Notes under the pieces: generated by a model
Databases searched by the model: none
What the model was told of the DNA's origin: nothing
The model's input: only the letters and a program-made list of their open reading frames with translations
Made by a program: the position numbers and the translations under genes
Virus record (IMG/VR): IMGVR_UViG_3300028992_000036
Length of the DNA: 64,000 nt
Origin: a virus
Lineage: Duplodnaviria > Heunggongvirae > Uroviricota > Caudoviricetes
Direction: 5' to 3' (one strand)
Shown here: one piece after another, positions 1 to 10,134 of the stretch
Position numbering within the stretch: position 1 is the first letter of the stretch
Layout of the letters: every line of letters starts with the position of its first letter

Positions 1-79
1 CGAATAAGATATCGCTTAAATGCTTTCTGGCTGTTGTTGAGTCTATTCCCCGCACGTTTGAACTGATGCGCATCGTATT

Positions 80-424
80 TCAGACCCATATATTCGCCCC
101 TACTTCAAGATGCCCAGGTCTTCCTCGTAGCCCCCAGCGGCGATGAACACTGGACACCTTTAATTTTTGACCTTCAAGGATCAGTACATCATCAAGTTGT
201 ACAGCCGCTTCTAAAGGGACAACTAACACAGCATCAAACAGCTCCAGACTCGCCTTACCACGACTACCAGAGCTATCAGCACGAACTGACGATTTCTCAT
301 TACTCTGTTCGAACTTAACCACGCCGACATTCGTCTTCCTGACGAATTGTAATTGCGCCTCACCGTAAACGTTCTTTGCGCCAAAGCGGTAGATCGCAAT
401 TTCTGTTTGCCATGAAATATTCAT
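80..424 (-). CDS. hypothetical virion-module protein (start curated to internal ATG with GAGAGAG Shine-Dalgarno; ORF-track start is TTG at 520)
   Basis: Open frame; ATG at 422-424 preceded by AGGGAGAGAGC; sits at distal end of the head/packaging gene string. Confidence 0.45.
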   Translation of the reverse strand: MNISWQTEIAIYRFGAKNVYGEAQLQFVRKTNVGVVKFEQSNEKSSVRADSSGSRGKASLELFDAVLVVPLEAAVQLDDVLILEGQKLKVSSVHRRWGLRGRPGHLEVGANIWV

Positions 425-503
425 GCTCTCTCCCTGTTGTTGTCGGTCGCTCTCATTACTGGCCAAAAAACCTTTCGACCAAAAGTAAATAATGCGACTG
501 GCG

Positions 504-1337
504 TTACGCACGGCGAACAATCATACGGTTGTTGATGTAACTGACCAGCAAGCGCCAGGTACTACGAGCCACATGCACGTTTGCAGCTTTACCGGTACGG
601 TACATGTTGGTTGTTTCACCGATGGACTCTGACAAAATGCCATCCTCTCGTGCTGCGGCTACATCATTGCCATTTGCGATCTCACACGCTTCGTTGACAA
701 CGGCAAGCATCAACGCTTCTTTGAAGTAGTCAGGGAACTCTTCAAACTTCTCCTGCGTCATCTTTTCCCAATCGACTAAATCATGCCGGTACGCTCCATC
801 TGCTTCCCACGGAATGTCATACACATTCAGCATATTTTGAGGGCGATCGTATCGGTCAAAGTCGATACGTAGAATTTTGCGGATTGAGAACGGTAAAGTT
901 TTAATTCGTCTGGTAGCCTCAATGAGACGCTTGCGCATTAAGCCTTCACCATCCGACAGCAAAGTGTCCCCATTCAGCATATCGATCGCCTGCATTTGAG
1001 CATCAGCGACAGTTGCAAACGACTGTTCTGGTATCGACAGTTCAAAACTATTCAGCAGAACATACATTTGCCGCTCTTCATGCGTCAGACCCGATGCAAC
1101 AGCCTTCACAATGACGTACCGCAGATCTCGCTCTTTCTCAGAGAGCTGGTTATATTCAGCCGACACGACAACCGGAATCGACATTTGACCGCTGGTAATT
1201 TCTAGCGGCTCGCCATCAACGAGAATAGCCCCGGTGCTGTCCTTTACTGTGTAGGTGGCAGATTCGATATCCAGCACGTTGAAGGCAAATGAAAGAGAAA
1301 CAGCTTCACCGCTACGATACGAGTCGATCTGCGCCAT
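504..1337 (-). CDS. hypothetical protein, virion module (possible head-completion/connector)
   Basis: 277-aa ORF; ATG preceded by AAGGCGGTGAG; start overlaps upstream stop (TAATG coupling); downstream of capsid genes. Confidence 0.5.
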   Translation of the reverse strand: MAQIDSYRSGEAVSLSFAFNVLDIESATYTVKDSTGAILVDGEPLEITSGQMSIPVVVSAEYNQLSEKERDLRYVIVKAVASGLTHEERQMYVLLNSFELSIPEQSFATVADAQMQAIDMLNGDTLLSDGEGLMRKRLIEATRRIKTLPFSIRKILRIDFDRYDRPQNMLNVYDIPWEADGAYRHDLVDWEKMTQEKFEEFPDYFKEALMLAVVNEACEIANGNDVAAAREDGILSESIGETTNMYRTGKAANVHVARSTWRLLVSYINNRMIVRRA

Positions 1338-1771
1338 TACTCACCGCCTTGTGCTTTCAGGATGCCGTCAATCATTTCGACAATTCCTTTCGCTTTGACA
1401 CCAACCTGATTACCAATAACTCGTAGACCGGCAATACCTTCGTTGTCTGCAATTGACTCCAGCTCTTCTCGTGTGAAAGTCTGGATCTGTTTGGCCGGTT
1501 CATCTGGTGTCCCACGTTTCATTGGCACAATGTCAGGCGCTGCTGGCTCGGTAATCAGGTCTGCTGTCAATTCACCACGATCACTGTATGCGGCAGACGG
1601 AGAAACATTTTTGCCCTCTACTGTTGACGCTCGCATTGAAGCACAAATCCTCTGCTGATCGATAAAAGGCAACTCCGCTACGGATACCCCGTTCTCGAAC
1701 TGAACGCCACACAGCATTCCCGAATAACCGGAAAATTGCGGTTCTAATAAAACAATTTTTGCTGGTTTCAT
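1337..1771 (-). CDS. hypothetical protein, virion module
   Basis: 144-aa ORF translationally coupled to the next gene; position in structural operon. Confidence 0.5.
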   Translation of the reverse strand: MKPAKIVLLEPQFSGYSGMLCGVQFENGVSVAELPFIDQQRICASMRASTVEGKNVSPSAAYSDRGELTADLITEPAAPDIVPMKRGTPDEPAKQIQTFTREELESIADNEGIAGLRVIGNQVGVKAKGIVEMIDGILKAQGGE

Positions 1772-1815
1772 AACGCTTTCTCTCCACTTGGGCGGCGAAA
1801 GCCGCCCAATATCGG

Positions 1816-2736
1816 TTATTCCTGTGCGGCAGTAACTTCTACAGTTGCTGTCGCTTTGTGGCTACCATCTTGGGTAGTAACCTCGATTGTGGCAGTACCA
1901 GCCGCAACACCAGTTACAACACCGGTTTCGCTGTCAACCGTTGCAAACTCGGTATTTTTGGATTCCCAAGTAACGGTTTTATTTGTGGCTCCTGCCGGCT
2001 CGACATTTGCTGTCAGCTGAACAGTTTTGTTTGCCTCAACGGTTGTGCTATTTGGGTCGATTTCGACGCCGGTAACAGCCACAACAGGCGCAGTTACTTC
2101 CACCGTTGCAGTTGCCTTTTTGCTGCCATCTTGGGAAACGATCTCAATCGTCGCAGTGCCAACTTCTACACCAGTAACGTTCCCGCTCTGGTCTACCGTT
2201 GCCTTATCTTCATTTTTGGAAGACCAGGTAACAGCCTTATTCGTCGCATTTGACGGCTGAACATTCGCTTTCAGACTGACTGATTTCCCTTTCTCAACAG
2301 ACGTTGATTCTGGCGTTACCGTTACGGATTGAACGGCTACCGGATTTACGGTGACTTCCACTGAAGCGGAAAGCTGGGTTTCCTGATCAGTTGCAGTAAT
2401 TTTTACTTTGCCTGGTGCTACGCCAGTTACTAATCCAGTGCCGTTAACGGTTGCAATTTGGTCATTGGCTGACTTCCAGGTGAATGAACTGGCACTCTTA
2501 CCCATACTAATACCTGCACTAAGTTGAACAGTTTTCCCAACCAAAACTGACGGTGAAGCCGGGGTTATGTTTACGGATTGGGAGAGGGGAACCGCCTGCA
2601 AACAAGCAGATAGCTGACTTTGTTGCCGCTCGGTTAAAGGTTCATCGGAGATAGAATTGGTAAATCCGGCACGGCACATATGCCCCGTAAAATCCGAAAA
2701 TGCCTCTTCCGTAATCTTCATCTTTTGTTCTGGCAT
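1816..2736 (-). CDS. Ig-like (Big_2-type) repeat protein, putative capsid decoration protein
   Basis: Three tandem ~85-aa repeats with the pattern ATVDxxGxVTGVxxGTATIxV typical of bacterial Ig-like group 2 domains; immediately downstream of major capsid gene. Confidence 0.6.
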   Translation of the reverse strand: MPEQKMKITEEAFSDFTGHMCRAGFTNSISDEPLTERQQSQLSACLQAVPLSQSVNITPASPSVLVGKTVQLSAGISMGKSASSFTWKSANDQIATVNGTGLVTGVAPGKVKITATDQETQLSASVEVTVNPVAVQSVTVTPESTSVEKGKSVSLKANVQPSNATNKAVTWSSKNEDKATVDQSGNVTGVEVGTATIEIVSQDGSKKATATVEVTAPVVAVTGVEIDPNSTTVEANKTVQLTANVEPAGATNKTVTWESKNTEFATVDSETGVVTGVAAGTATIEVTTQDGSHKATATVEVTAAQE

Positions 2737-2749
2737 TTCTCGCTCCTAC

Positions 2750-2777
2750 AAAAAGGGTGGGCGTATAGCCCACCCTT
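2750..2777 (-). terminator. stem-loop AAAGGGTGGGC-GTATA-GCCCACCCTTT after the capsid gene (possible bidirectional terminator/attenuator)
   Basis: Perfect 11-bp GC-rich inverted repeat flanked by A/T runs, between capsid stop and decoration gene start. Confidence 0.45.
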
Positions 2778-2809
2778 TAACATAGATAACTACTTATCTA
2801 CTACACTGA

Positions 2810-3685
2810 TTAAATTTTTACATTGGTCAGTGCAGCGATAGCCTTATCGTGCTTATTCGCCAGAGAGCAGTACCACTTCACACGGGTACGTACTGCGTCT
2901 TTGTTCTGTACAGTACCAATGTTTTCAACAACGATACCTGCGTTATCGCCGCCATACAGACCAGTAACGCCGTTCTCTTCTGACAGATGCAAGCAGTAGA
3001 TGCTTGCTTTGCCAGAATCAGTCGGGATGAAGTCGTTGATGATGAACGGAACGCCGTTATGACACAGCATCGGACGACCGAAGTTCTCCATCATGATTTC
3101 AGACGGACCTACGTTTACTGTACGCAGCAGCGCACGGTAAGCACGAAGGTGCTCTGAACGCATCATGATGCAGTCAGCACCAAGATCTTTCACCGCATCG
3201 ACCAGTTCGTCGAACATAGAGAAAGTCATAGATGCACCGGCGATATCGATCTTCTGATCTGCGTGCATCAGGCGTGGAATGCCGTCAAACGCTTTGTTGT
3301 TGGTGCTGGAGTCACCCAAAATCAGATTGCGACGGAACGCACGAGCCAGACCTTTAACTTTCTGACGAACCTGAATAGCCAACTGGTTATTGGTGTCGGC
3401 CATAGTGGTTGCCAGGAATTTATCAACGTCTACGTCACCAGCCAGAATACGCAGTTTCGCAACGCATTCTTCGAAGGTTGCTGCACCTTCCGGGATGGTG
3501 TCGTTAACGTCGATGAAGGTAGCCTCACTCAGCGTTTTTTCACGGTTGTACAGATATGCCTTTGAAGTAATTTTCATAAAAGGCAGGATGGCAAACAGGT
3601 CATCGCGATCGATGATGGTTTCAATCACGCCCTGTTCAAGTTCGTTGTTAGACAGCTTTTCAGCTTCTTCACGCAGTAATGGCAT
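2810..3685 (-). CDS. major capsid protein (putative)
   Basis: 291-aa ORF directly downstream of scaffold and portal genes, followed by strong hairpin; canonical order portal-scaffold-capsid. Confidence 0.6.
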   Translation of the reverse strand: MPLLREEAEKLSNNELEQGVIETIIDRDDLFAILPFMKITSKAYLYNREKTLSEATFIDVNDTIPEGAATFEECVAKLRILAGDVDVDKFLATTMADTNNQLAIQVRQKVKGLARAFRRNLILGDSSTNNKAFDGIPRLMHADQKIDIAGASMTFSMFDELVDAVKDLGADCIMMRSEHLRAYRALLRTVNVGPSEIMMENFGRPMLCHNGVPFIINDFIPTDSGKASIYCLHLSEENGVTGLYGGDNAGIVVENIGTVQNKDAVRTRVKWYCSLANKHDKAIAALTNVKI

Positions 3686-3710
3686 CTATCAATTCCCTTT
3701 GATTTAGATG

Positions 3711-4598
3711 TTACTTAAGTCCAATTTTCCCCAGACCGGAGGCCAACTTATCCATAGTCGACTTGTTCTTCGGTTGGGATATTGTGTAGGTCGATTTGGA
3801 ATGTGAGCCTACACCCTGCTTGGCTTCGCTACGCATCAATGCGTCAGCTTCCGGATCTGCCCGCACAATGCGTTCAATCGCGGATTCAAACGGCAACGGC
3901 TTACCTTCACCGTCAACCAGAACAGCTCGTTCTTTATGACCTGCCGGTTTGTCATAACCCACTACGCTACCGTCTTCACCCACTTCAAAATGAGAACCGT
4001 AGATCACGCGGGCTTTTGCCGGAGTCATCAGAACTTTGTCACGTAGGAAGAGAGAGTTACTGAAGGAAGCGCCCACGGTCATCTCGACTAATTGAGATTT
4101 CAGTGATGCGTTTTCACTTTCCAGTGCTGCATAACGTTCGTCACGCTGTGCCAGCTCTGCCTGGTGTGCTTCGATCATCTGTTTTTTAACAGCATCGAAC
4201 TCACCACGACGCTCCAGTTCAGCTTGCTCCGCCTCACGACGTGCGTTTTCTGCGGCCTGTTCAGCTTCTAAAAGCTGGCGAGCACGCGCCGGGTCGATTT
4301 CACCGTACTGAGCAAGCTGATCGGCCAATGTGCGCTCTTTCTCTTTGCGCTTCATGTTCTCTTTCAGCAGTTCAGCACCAGCTTTCTTGATTTTGCGAAG
4401 TTCGGCCAGTAACTCTTCATGAGTCATGCCAGCGTATTCGTCATCACCCTTCGGCTGCTCTTTTTGTTCACCCTGCTTGTCAGGATCTTGTGTACTCTGC
4501 TCATTATCAGCAGCTACACCGCCAGCGCCCCCACGCTCATGCGCTTCAGCAACATCCATCAGACCACGACGGGCCAAAAGCATTTGCCACAGTTTCAT
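3711..4598 (-). CDS. head scaffolding protein (putative)
   Basis: 295 aa, highly charged with long predicted coiled-coil (AELLKENMKRKEKERTLADQLAQ..., REAEQAELERRGEF...); located between portal and capsid. Confidence 0.55.
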   Translation of the reverse strand: MKLWQMLLARRGLMDVAEAHERGGAGGVAADNEQSTQDPDKQGEQKEQPKGDDEYAGMTHEELLAELRKIKKAGAELLKENMKRKEKERTLADQLAQYGEIDPARARQLLEAEQAAENARREAEQAELERRGEFDAVKKQMIEAHQAELAQRDERYAALESENASLKSQLVEMTVGASFSNSLFLRDKVLMTPAKARVIYGSHFEVGEDGSVVGYDKPAGHKERAVLVDGEGKPLPFESAIERIVRADPEADALMRSEAKQGVGSHSKSTYTISQPKNKSTMDKLASGLGKIGLK

Positions 4599-4619
4599 AA
4601 AAATTCCCTTTGTTACTTA

Positions 4620-6194
4620 TCACTCGTTCTCTTGAGTAGATGAGTCCCCATTCCCTCGGGGTTGATCTTGCCCGCTTTCTTGGGCTGCACCACGATCATA
4701 AGTAAGTACTGACTTATTTTCAAGGGTATTTAGATCATTTTTTGGCGGAAAATTCAAGAGATCTTTATCAAATTCCTTTTTCATCGCCTCAGTAATGTTC
4801 GGGAAAATCTTCTCAATAAGCATTTCCATCTGGTGACGACGTACAGAGTCCGGTGCCTGAAGTAATGACAGTTTCTCGGCAACAGAAAATTCATCTGTAA
4901 GGCCACGAATATCGAAACTTTCTGGATACGCAATTAAAGAGTGGTCTTCGTCCAGATCTACCCCCATCCATTTCGCAACCAGTAGCATGATTTGGCGTTC
5001 AGCCCTTTCCAGACGCTCTGCTTTTGTGACAAGCAAGCTATTTACACGCTGGAAGTCATACATTTTTGCGGCACCAGATGAGTTATCAATTCCCTGTGCG
5101 TTGTCCTGCTTCGTTCGCTCACCAGCGACACCAACTGAATGGTAGATTTCGTTAATCACCGTCTTAATCGTAGTGATGATCATCTGAGCTTGTTTCGGGT
5201 CTGGTGACAAATAAAACGGCTGGTTTCCACCTTCAGAATCGTAGGTGAAGACTCGCTTTGTGCCCATTTCAAGCACTTTAGTGTGGTTTTCATCACCAGG
5301 TAAAAGCGACTGTACCGGTATAGCCAACTGGCTAAATGTCTGATCCTGAATAATGGCATCAAGGTTTGACAGATAGTTTGCAACCGCACGATCAAGATAA
5401 GCGATATCATCGATCAACGATGGGCTGAAATACGGTGATTCACTTTCTCCAATACAATCAACAGGAAACACAGGAACTACGCTGAGATTATGCTCACCGC
5501 TATCCTCTAAAATAACTTTTGCCTGACGGCGACCTGCTCCACCAGCGCCCTTCTTCACTTCCTCACGGAACAGATACCACTCGTTTTGTGTCCACAGACG
5601 ATAACGTTGGTATTCCTGACCTGTAGAAGTAAAAGGATCTGCGTCATCACGAGCGACTTCCACAATTAACGCCCACAACATATTCCCGTCGTCGTCCCAT
5701 GCCACATCCAGCATTTGCTGAGGTGAAATCCAGTAGGCGTAGGCGCGAGCATCTTTCTTTTTCTCGTCAGCTACTGACTCAACATCACCACTCATCGTGC
5801 TATCGACAACAACCCATATGCGACCGTAAATAGACGACTGCAAATCAATAGCGGCCATAAATGAGTCAATAGAGGCATTCTGGCGAGTCGCACGTTTCCA
5901 GAAATTGCGGATCTGCTCTGGTGCCTCTTCGATATTTCTATGAATGTCTTCTTTAAAGAGATATTTGTTGATGAGGTTTACCACCTCACGAGTGTGGTTG
6001 AAGCGATAAGCACGCTCAACTCGCTCCTTAAACTCCTGATCTCCCTCTTTAAAGTAACGAAAGATATTGTCTGTAAACCAACCACGCCCGCCAGCGTAAG
6101 TGCTGGCGAGGAAGTCCCAATGTTCTTTTTTCTTTTCGTATTCCGGGTGGCGTCGCGCCACCAGATCCTTAATTTGTTTGTCGTTCAATTCCAT
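4620..6194 (-). CDS. portal protein (putative)
   Basis: 524-aa ORF immediately downstream of terminase large subunit; size and position typical of portal. Confidence 0.65.
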   Translation of the reverse strand: MELNDKQIKDLVARRHPEYEKKKEHWDFLASTYAGGRGWFTDNIFRYFKEGDQEFKERVERAYRFNHTREVVNLINKYLFKEDIHRNIEEAPEQIRNFWKRATRQNASIDSFMAAIDLQSSIYGRIWVVVDSTMSGDVESVADEKKKDARAYAYWISPQQMLDVAWDDDGNMLWALIVEVARDDADPFTSTGQEYQRYRLWTQNEWYLFREEVKKGAGGAGRRQAKVILEDSGEHNLSVVPVFPVDCIGESESPYFSPSLIDDIAYLDRAVANYLSNLDAIIQDQTFSQLAIPVQSLLPGDENHTKVLEMGTKRVFTYDSEGGNQPFYLSPDPKQAQMIITTIKTVINEIYHSVGVAGERTKQDNAQGIDNSSGAAKMYDFQRVNSLLVTKAERLERAERQIMLLVAKWMGVDLDEDHSLIAYPESFDIRGLTDEFSVAEKLSLLQAPDSVRRHQMEMLIEKIFPNITEAMKKEFDKDLLNFPPKNDLNTLENKSVLTYDRGAAQESGQDQPRGNGDSSTQENE

Positions 6195-6220
6195 TTGAAT
6201 AACCTTAGATAATTACCTAC

Positions 6221-7477
6221 CTATCGAGAACCACCAAGAATAACACGGTTTTTGACTGGATACCTACGATGTACTGGATAGCCCAATGCGTCTGCACTAT
6301 GCTCAATGCCACCTGTCTTATCCATATCTCGTGTTCCAGGCTTGTAGATGACTTTTTCCAGTGAATCAATCAAATGCTTGCACTTCGGATCGATATACAA
6401 CCGGATATCTCCAGATGCGGTCATCAGCATTCGGTTAACAGCATTAACACGATCCGCAATTGGCGGGTGCTTTTTCGAATAATCGACACGTAAGAATCCC
6501 TTCTCTTTGAATATGTCGACGTCAGACTCCCCGCGAGCATGTTGGCGATAAGCACCTGCCGGATCTGGAAATACCGTTATCTGTGATTTCCAGCGCCAGA
6601 AGCGTCTCTCAAGCTCATCACAAACCTCTGCCGTGTTAGAGGAAAAGAGCACCAATTCATCAATTGCCCATAGCTCACCATTTGGCTGAGGTTGCAAAAT
6701 TACTGAAGACATCGGGTCAATGTTGAAGTCCTGCCCTACCCATATAGGCAACCGAGGGTTGAACTGAAGCGGTTTTACATGCACGTTACGATCGAACGGG
6801 TAGTAAACGCGCCCGGACATGTTCTCAAAGCTCGCCAGGTACTCCTGAGCGAACGATTTCGGGTCCATATCGTTCTTAGCAGCTTCAATTTCCGCCGTAG
6901 GCACAAACGGAGAATCGGCAGTTACAAACTGCCAGCTCTTCCACTGTCCCTTTCTTTGCAGCTCTACGTTCTGGCCTATAGTCCACAGTTTGTGAAATTC
7001 CGAGAAACCTTTTGGCGTACCAATGATAAGTGCACCGCCGCGTGTCGATGAAAGAGTAGGTCGTAACACCTTGTACCAGGTGTCAGCCTTCATATCCTGA
7101 AATTCATCAAGCACTACAAAATGCAACGCTACGCCGCGCAGAGTGTCAGGCTTATCAGCACCTTTGAGGGCGATCTCCGAACCGTTCTTCAACACGATTG
7201 TCATCGTGGTGTCGTTCTTTTTCCTAACCCACTTACGAGGCAGAACTTCCTGTAGATCGTCCCACAAAATCTGGCGAGCCATCTGGTAAGTAGGAGCGAC
7301 ATACCAGACCCTTTGCTTTTTTTCCTTTGCCGCCGCACGAATAATAGTGGAGATCGACAACCGGGATTTTCCCCAGCGTCGACCAGCACAAACAACTTTA
7401 AATCGATGCGGAGACTGGAAGACTTTCATCTGTCCAGAATGCAGTTGCACAAGACTGAGCGAGGACGGGATTGCCAT
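6221..7477 (-). CDS. terminase large subunit
   Basis: Walker A VVCAGRRWGKS, Walker B LHFVVLDEFQD, C-terminal nuclease-like acidic motifs; start overlaps small-subunit stop. Confidence 0.8.
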   Translation of the reverse strand: MAIPSSLSLVQLHSGQMKVFQSPHRFKVVCAGRRWGKSRLSISTIIRAAAKEKKQRVWYVAPTYQMARQILWDDLQEVLPRKWVRKKNDTTMTIVLKNGSEIALKGADKPDTLRGVALHFVVLDEFQDMKADTWYKVLRPTLSSTRGGALIIGTPKGFSEFHKLWTIGQNVELQRKGQWKSWQFVTADSPFVPTAEIEAAKNDMDPKSFAQEYLASFENMSGRVYYPFDRNVHVKPLQFNPRLPIWVGQDFNIDPMSSVILQPQPNGELWAIDELVLFSSNTAEVCDELERRFWRWKSQITVFPDPAGAYRQHARGESDVDIFKEKGFLRVDYSKKHPPIADRVNAVNRMLMTASGDIRLYIDPKCKHLIDSLEKVIYKPGTRDMDKTGGIEHSADALGYPVHRRYPVKNRVILGGSR

Positions 7478-8109
7478 TATTCGTCCTCCCCTTCACTTCC
7501 ATCATCTGTCGCATCAAATTCGCTTAGAGCTTCTTCTTCCAACGTCTCAAGCAATTCGTCATCGATGATTTCAGGCTCGTCGTCTTCCTGACGTAATTTC
7601 GCCACCTGGGAAGGCGTAAGCTCACCAAATACCAGATTCGGAATTTCTTCCTCGTCATTTTCCGCATGATCCATGCCCAATGCTTTGGACGAAACTTCAA
7701 AGCATTTTGCAAGGGTATTACTGGCTCTCTGTAAGCTCTTGAGAGAATCCTCAATCGCCCCTAAAGGCTTACCCTCACGTTTGGCCGTAGTGACTTCGAC
7801 CATCACCATCTGCCCCAACGCATACGCCCAGCCGTCATAACGTGTACGACGTTCTTCTATCTTTTCCGCACGGGCTTTAGCGCGAAGCTCTGCGTCAGAT
7901 TTAAGAGACTCACGAACCATCTTCCCAACAGAGTCCGCGCCTTTCTCTAATCCTCGCTTTTTGAAATGTCTGGAGAGTGTTTCACGACGAATGCCGTACT
8001 CTTCCTCCAGCTTTGAGAGTGTATATTCGCCTGACGTCCATTTGGCTTCAGCTTCGGCCCACTCCGCTGGTGTCAGGCGAGTTTTTACCTCGTCTTTTTC
8101 GACCGTCAT
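7477..8109 (-). CDS. terminase small subunit (putative)
   Basis: 210 aa, N-terminal HTH-like region (RRETLSRHFKKRGL), very acidic C-terminus, immediately upstream of and coupled to terminase large subunit. Confidence 0.5.
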   Translation of the reverse strand: MTVEKDEVKTRLTPAEWAEAEAKWTSGEYTLSKLEEEYGIRRETLSRHFKKRGLEKGADSVGKMVRESLKSDAELRAKARAEKIEERRTRYDGWAYALGQMVMVEVTTAKREGKPLGAIEDSLKSLQRASNTLAKCFEVSSKALGMDHAENDEEEIPNLVFGELTPSQVAKLRQEDDEPEIIDDELLETLEEEALSEFDATDDGSEGEDE

Positions 8110-8226
8110 AGATCCCTCTAAAACACACAGAGCGCGTCCATGCGCTCTAAAACAACTTGTTTACTGCATTTTCTAACCAACTTGTTTTCTGGGTTGTTTA
8201 ATTAGGTCTGGGCATGTCTTATTAAG

Positions 8227-8281
8227 CCTGCTTCCGTATATATTTAATAAGTTACTTATTATTTATATATACAGAAGCAGG
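8227..8281. repeat. 55-bp palindrome CCTGCTTCCGTATATA...TATATACAGAAGCAGG, copy 1 of 2
   Basis: 16-bp arms with 1 mismatch around an AT-rich loop; near-identical copy at 33724-33780; embedded in a longer imperfect inverted repeat (about 8205-8310). Confidence 0.55.
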
Positions 8282-8305
8282 TCTTTAAATAAGCTCCCAG
8301 ACCGA

Positions 8306-8572
8306 TTACATCACCAGTAACTTCGCTTTGGCTCGACCTAAAGTGGTTAACCCAAGAGTTCGGCGGTGATAGCGATTGTCACTGCGTTGGCGCGTATGCC
8401 CTTTCTCCACAAGCCCCTTTTTTATCAGAGCGCGAATTGAGAACTGGATACTTTGCTTGGTTGTCTTGTACGGCAAAACTTCAAGCAATTCGTCCAGATC
8501 AAGTAGATAACCTCGCTCATAACCGAGATTGAGCGTTTTGATGATGTCCTTTTGTTTATCGGTTAACGTCAT
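8306..8572 (-). CDS. small basic protein, possible winged-helix DNA-binding regulator
   Basis: 88-aa ORF; basic helix-rich sequence; first gene of the block upstream of the terminase operon. Confidence 0.4.
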   Translation of the reverse strand: MTLTDKQKDIIKTLNLGYERGYLLDLDELLEVLPYKTTKQSIQFSIRALIKKGLVEKGHTRQRSDNRYHRRTLGLTTLGRAKAKLLVM

Positions 8573-8581
8573 GGCAAATCC

Positions 8582-9472
8582 TTATGCCGGTAAAGCAATT
8601 TCTAACGGTTTATCCAAAGGTTGTTTGTCGAATGCCAGCAGTGGCAGCGTGTCAGGCAGTCGACGACCAAAGTCAGGGTTTCGATACACCCCATACAACG
8701 GAGACGTAAAGCTCAGGTTGTGAATGTCCTTGAGCAACTTCACAATGCTGGCCTCGTCCACCAGACTGTCGGCAATGTCCTGAATCGTCGTGCCACGATT
8801 CCGCCCAGCTTTTGCCAGGGAACTGTTCTTGTGGTAGTCCGCCACCAGATCACGCAGTGCACGGCGACGACGAGACTCGCTCATTGCGAACAACTCTTTG
8901 ACGATCGCCTCGTTATCACCCGGGTCGGAACGGAAATGGCGCTGGAATACACGCAGTGCACTTTCATAGCTCTTCGGTCGCTCAGGGCGGATGAACTTAA
9001 ACCCTGCTTTCATGGCGAAGGGATTGTATTTGCTCATCGAGGACTGGATCTCAATGATTGGCCGGTCATGCATCCTGCTAACCAGGTTAATCATTCGATA
9101 AGAGACGCCTACGCCACGATACTGAGTATCCACAACTGAGCGACTGATCACCGCAAAGTTGTTATTCACGTACCGACCCCAGTACTGGTTAGCCACGGTG
9201 GTATTAGTGGTTGGTTTCAACTTAGGAAACATGCGGTGGCGAGGTGCCAACAGTAGTTTCGGGTAAGCCATAACCACGACGCCCACCAGACGGTCATCAA
9301 GTTCGCAGCGATAGTAAGTTGGCGCGAAAGGTTTGCCGTCTGTTTTGTAGTGAAGCGACTTAAGAGCGTGCCAGTCCTCTACAGTTCCCTTTGTAACAGT
9401 CATTCGCTCCAGAAAGTCCAGATGACGCGGAAACTCTTCAGGGCGGTAGCGTTTAATGATGATGTCCGTCAT
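8582..9472 (-). CDS. hypothetical protein with GNAT-like motif (QYRGVGVSYRMINLV)
   Basis: 296-aa ORF; motif resembles acetyltransferase acetyl-CoA binding motif A; stop overlaps start of downstream ATPase. Confidence 0.4.
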   Translation of the reverse strand: MTDIIIKRYRPEEFPRHLDFLERMTVTKGTVEDWHALKSLHYKTDGKPFAPTYYRCELDDRLVGVVVMAYPKLLLAPRHRMFPKLKPTTNTTVANQYWGRYVNNNFAVISRSVVDTQYRGVGVSYRMINLVSRMHDRPIIEIQSSMSKYNPFAMKAGFKFIRPERPKSYESALRVFQRHFRSDPGDNEAIVKELFAMSESRRRRALRDLVADYHKNSSLAKAGRNRGTTIQDIADSLVDEASIVKLLKDIHNLSFTSPLYGVYRNPDFGRRLPDTLPLLAFDKQPLDKPLEIALPA

Positions 9473-10134
9473 GAATGGACCTCATCGTGACTACCATTGT
9501 GATATTCCACCTTCACGCGTTCTTTGTAGTGCTTGGTGATCTGCATATCCGGGCGCAGCGCGTTCTTCAGGTCTTCGTGAGTCGTCGCCACCATTACCGT
9601 CGCACCAACCTTTCGAGCGGCACGCTGGAGGTTAGACGCCACAACCTGAGCGGTTACACGGTCGAGAACAGCGCCGAACTCGTCAGCAGCCCACACTTTA
9701 GCGCCTGACTCAATCAGTTTGGCAATCTTGAGACGATATTTCTGGCCGTCTGACATTTCAGAAGGCTTGCGAACAAACAGATATGCATCGTTCAGACCAG
9801 CCATAGATAACAACCCAAGCGCATCACTGGTCGTTTTGCCCAACTGATCGATGACGTTAACCTCATTATCGAAGGTAAAATCATCGATGGAGGCTACAGA
9901 CAGCCCTTCATCCTTCATCTGTCGTTGCAACTCGCGCAGCACAACGGATTTGCCGGAACCGGATTGGCCGGTGATGTACACCACATCGCCCTGCTTCACT
10001 TCCAGCTCCAGATTGTCGTAAAGCGTCCACTCTTTTTCGTCCAGGCCAAGCCCGAACGACTCAGCGATTTCCAACGTGCGCGTGGTTTTATTTACGCGTG
10101 TCTGAAACGATACGTTGATGATGTATTTGCTCAT
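9469..10134 (-). CDS. stand-alone ABC-type ATPase domain protein
   Basis: Walker A GQSGSGKS, signature-like SDGQKYRL, Walker B VWAADEF, H-loop VATTHE; 221 aa with no transmembrane partner nearby. Confidence 0.65.
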   Translation of the reverse strand: MSKYIINVSFQTRVNKTTRTLEIAESFGLGLDEKEWTLYDNLELEVKQGDVVYITGQSGSGKSVVLRELQRQMKDEGLSVASIDDFTFDNEVNVIDQLGKTTSDALGLLSMAGLNDAYLFVRKPSEMSDGQKYRLKIAKLIESGAKVWAADEFGAVLDRVTAQVVASNLQRAARKVGATVMVATTHEDLKNALRPDMQITKHYKERVKVEYHNGSHDEVHS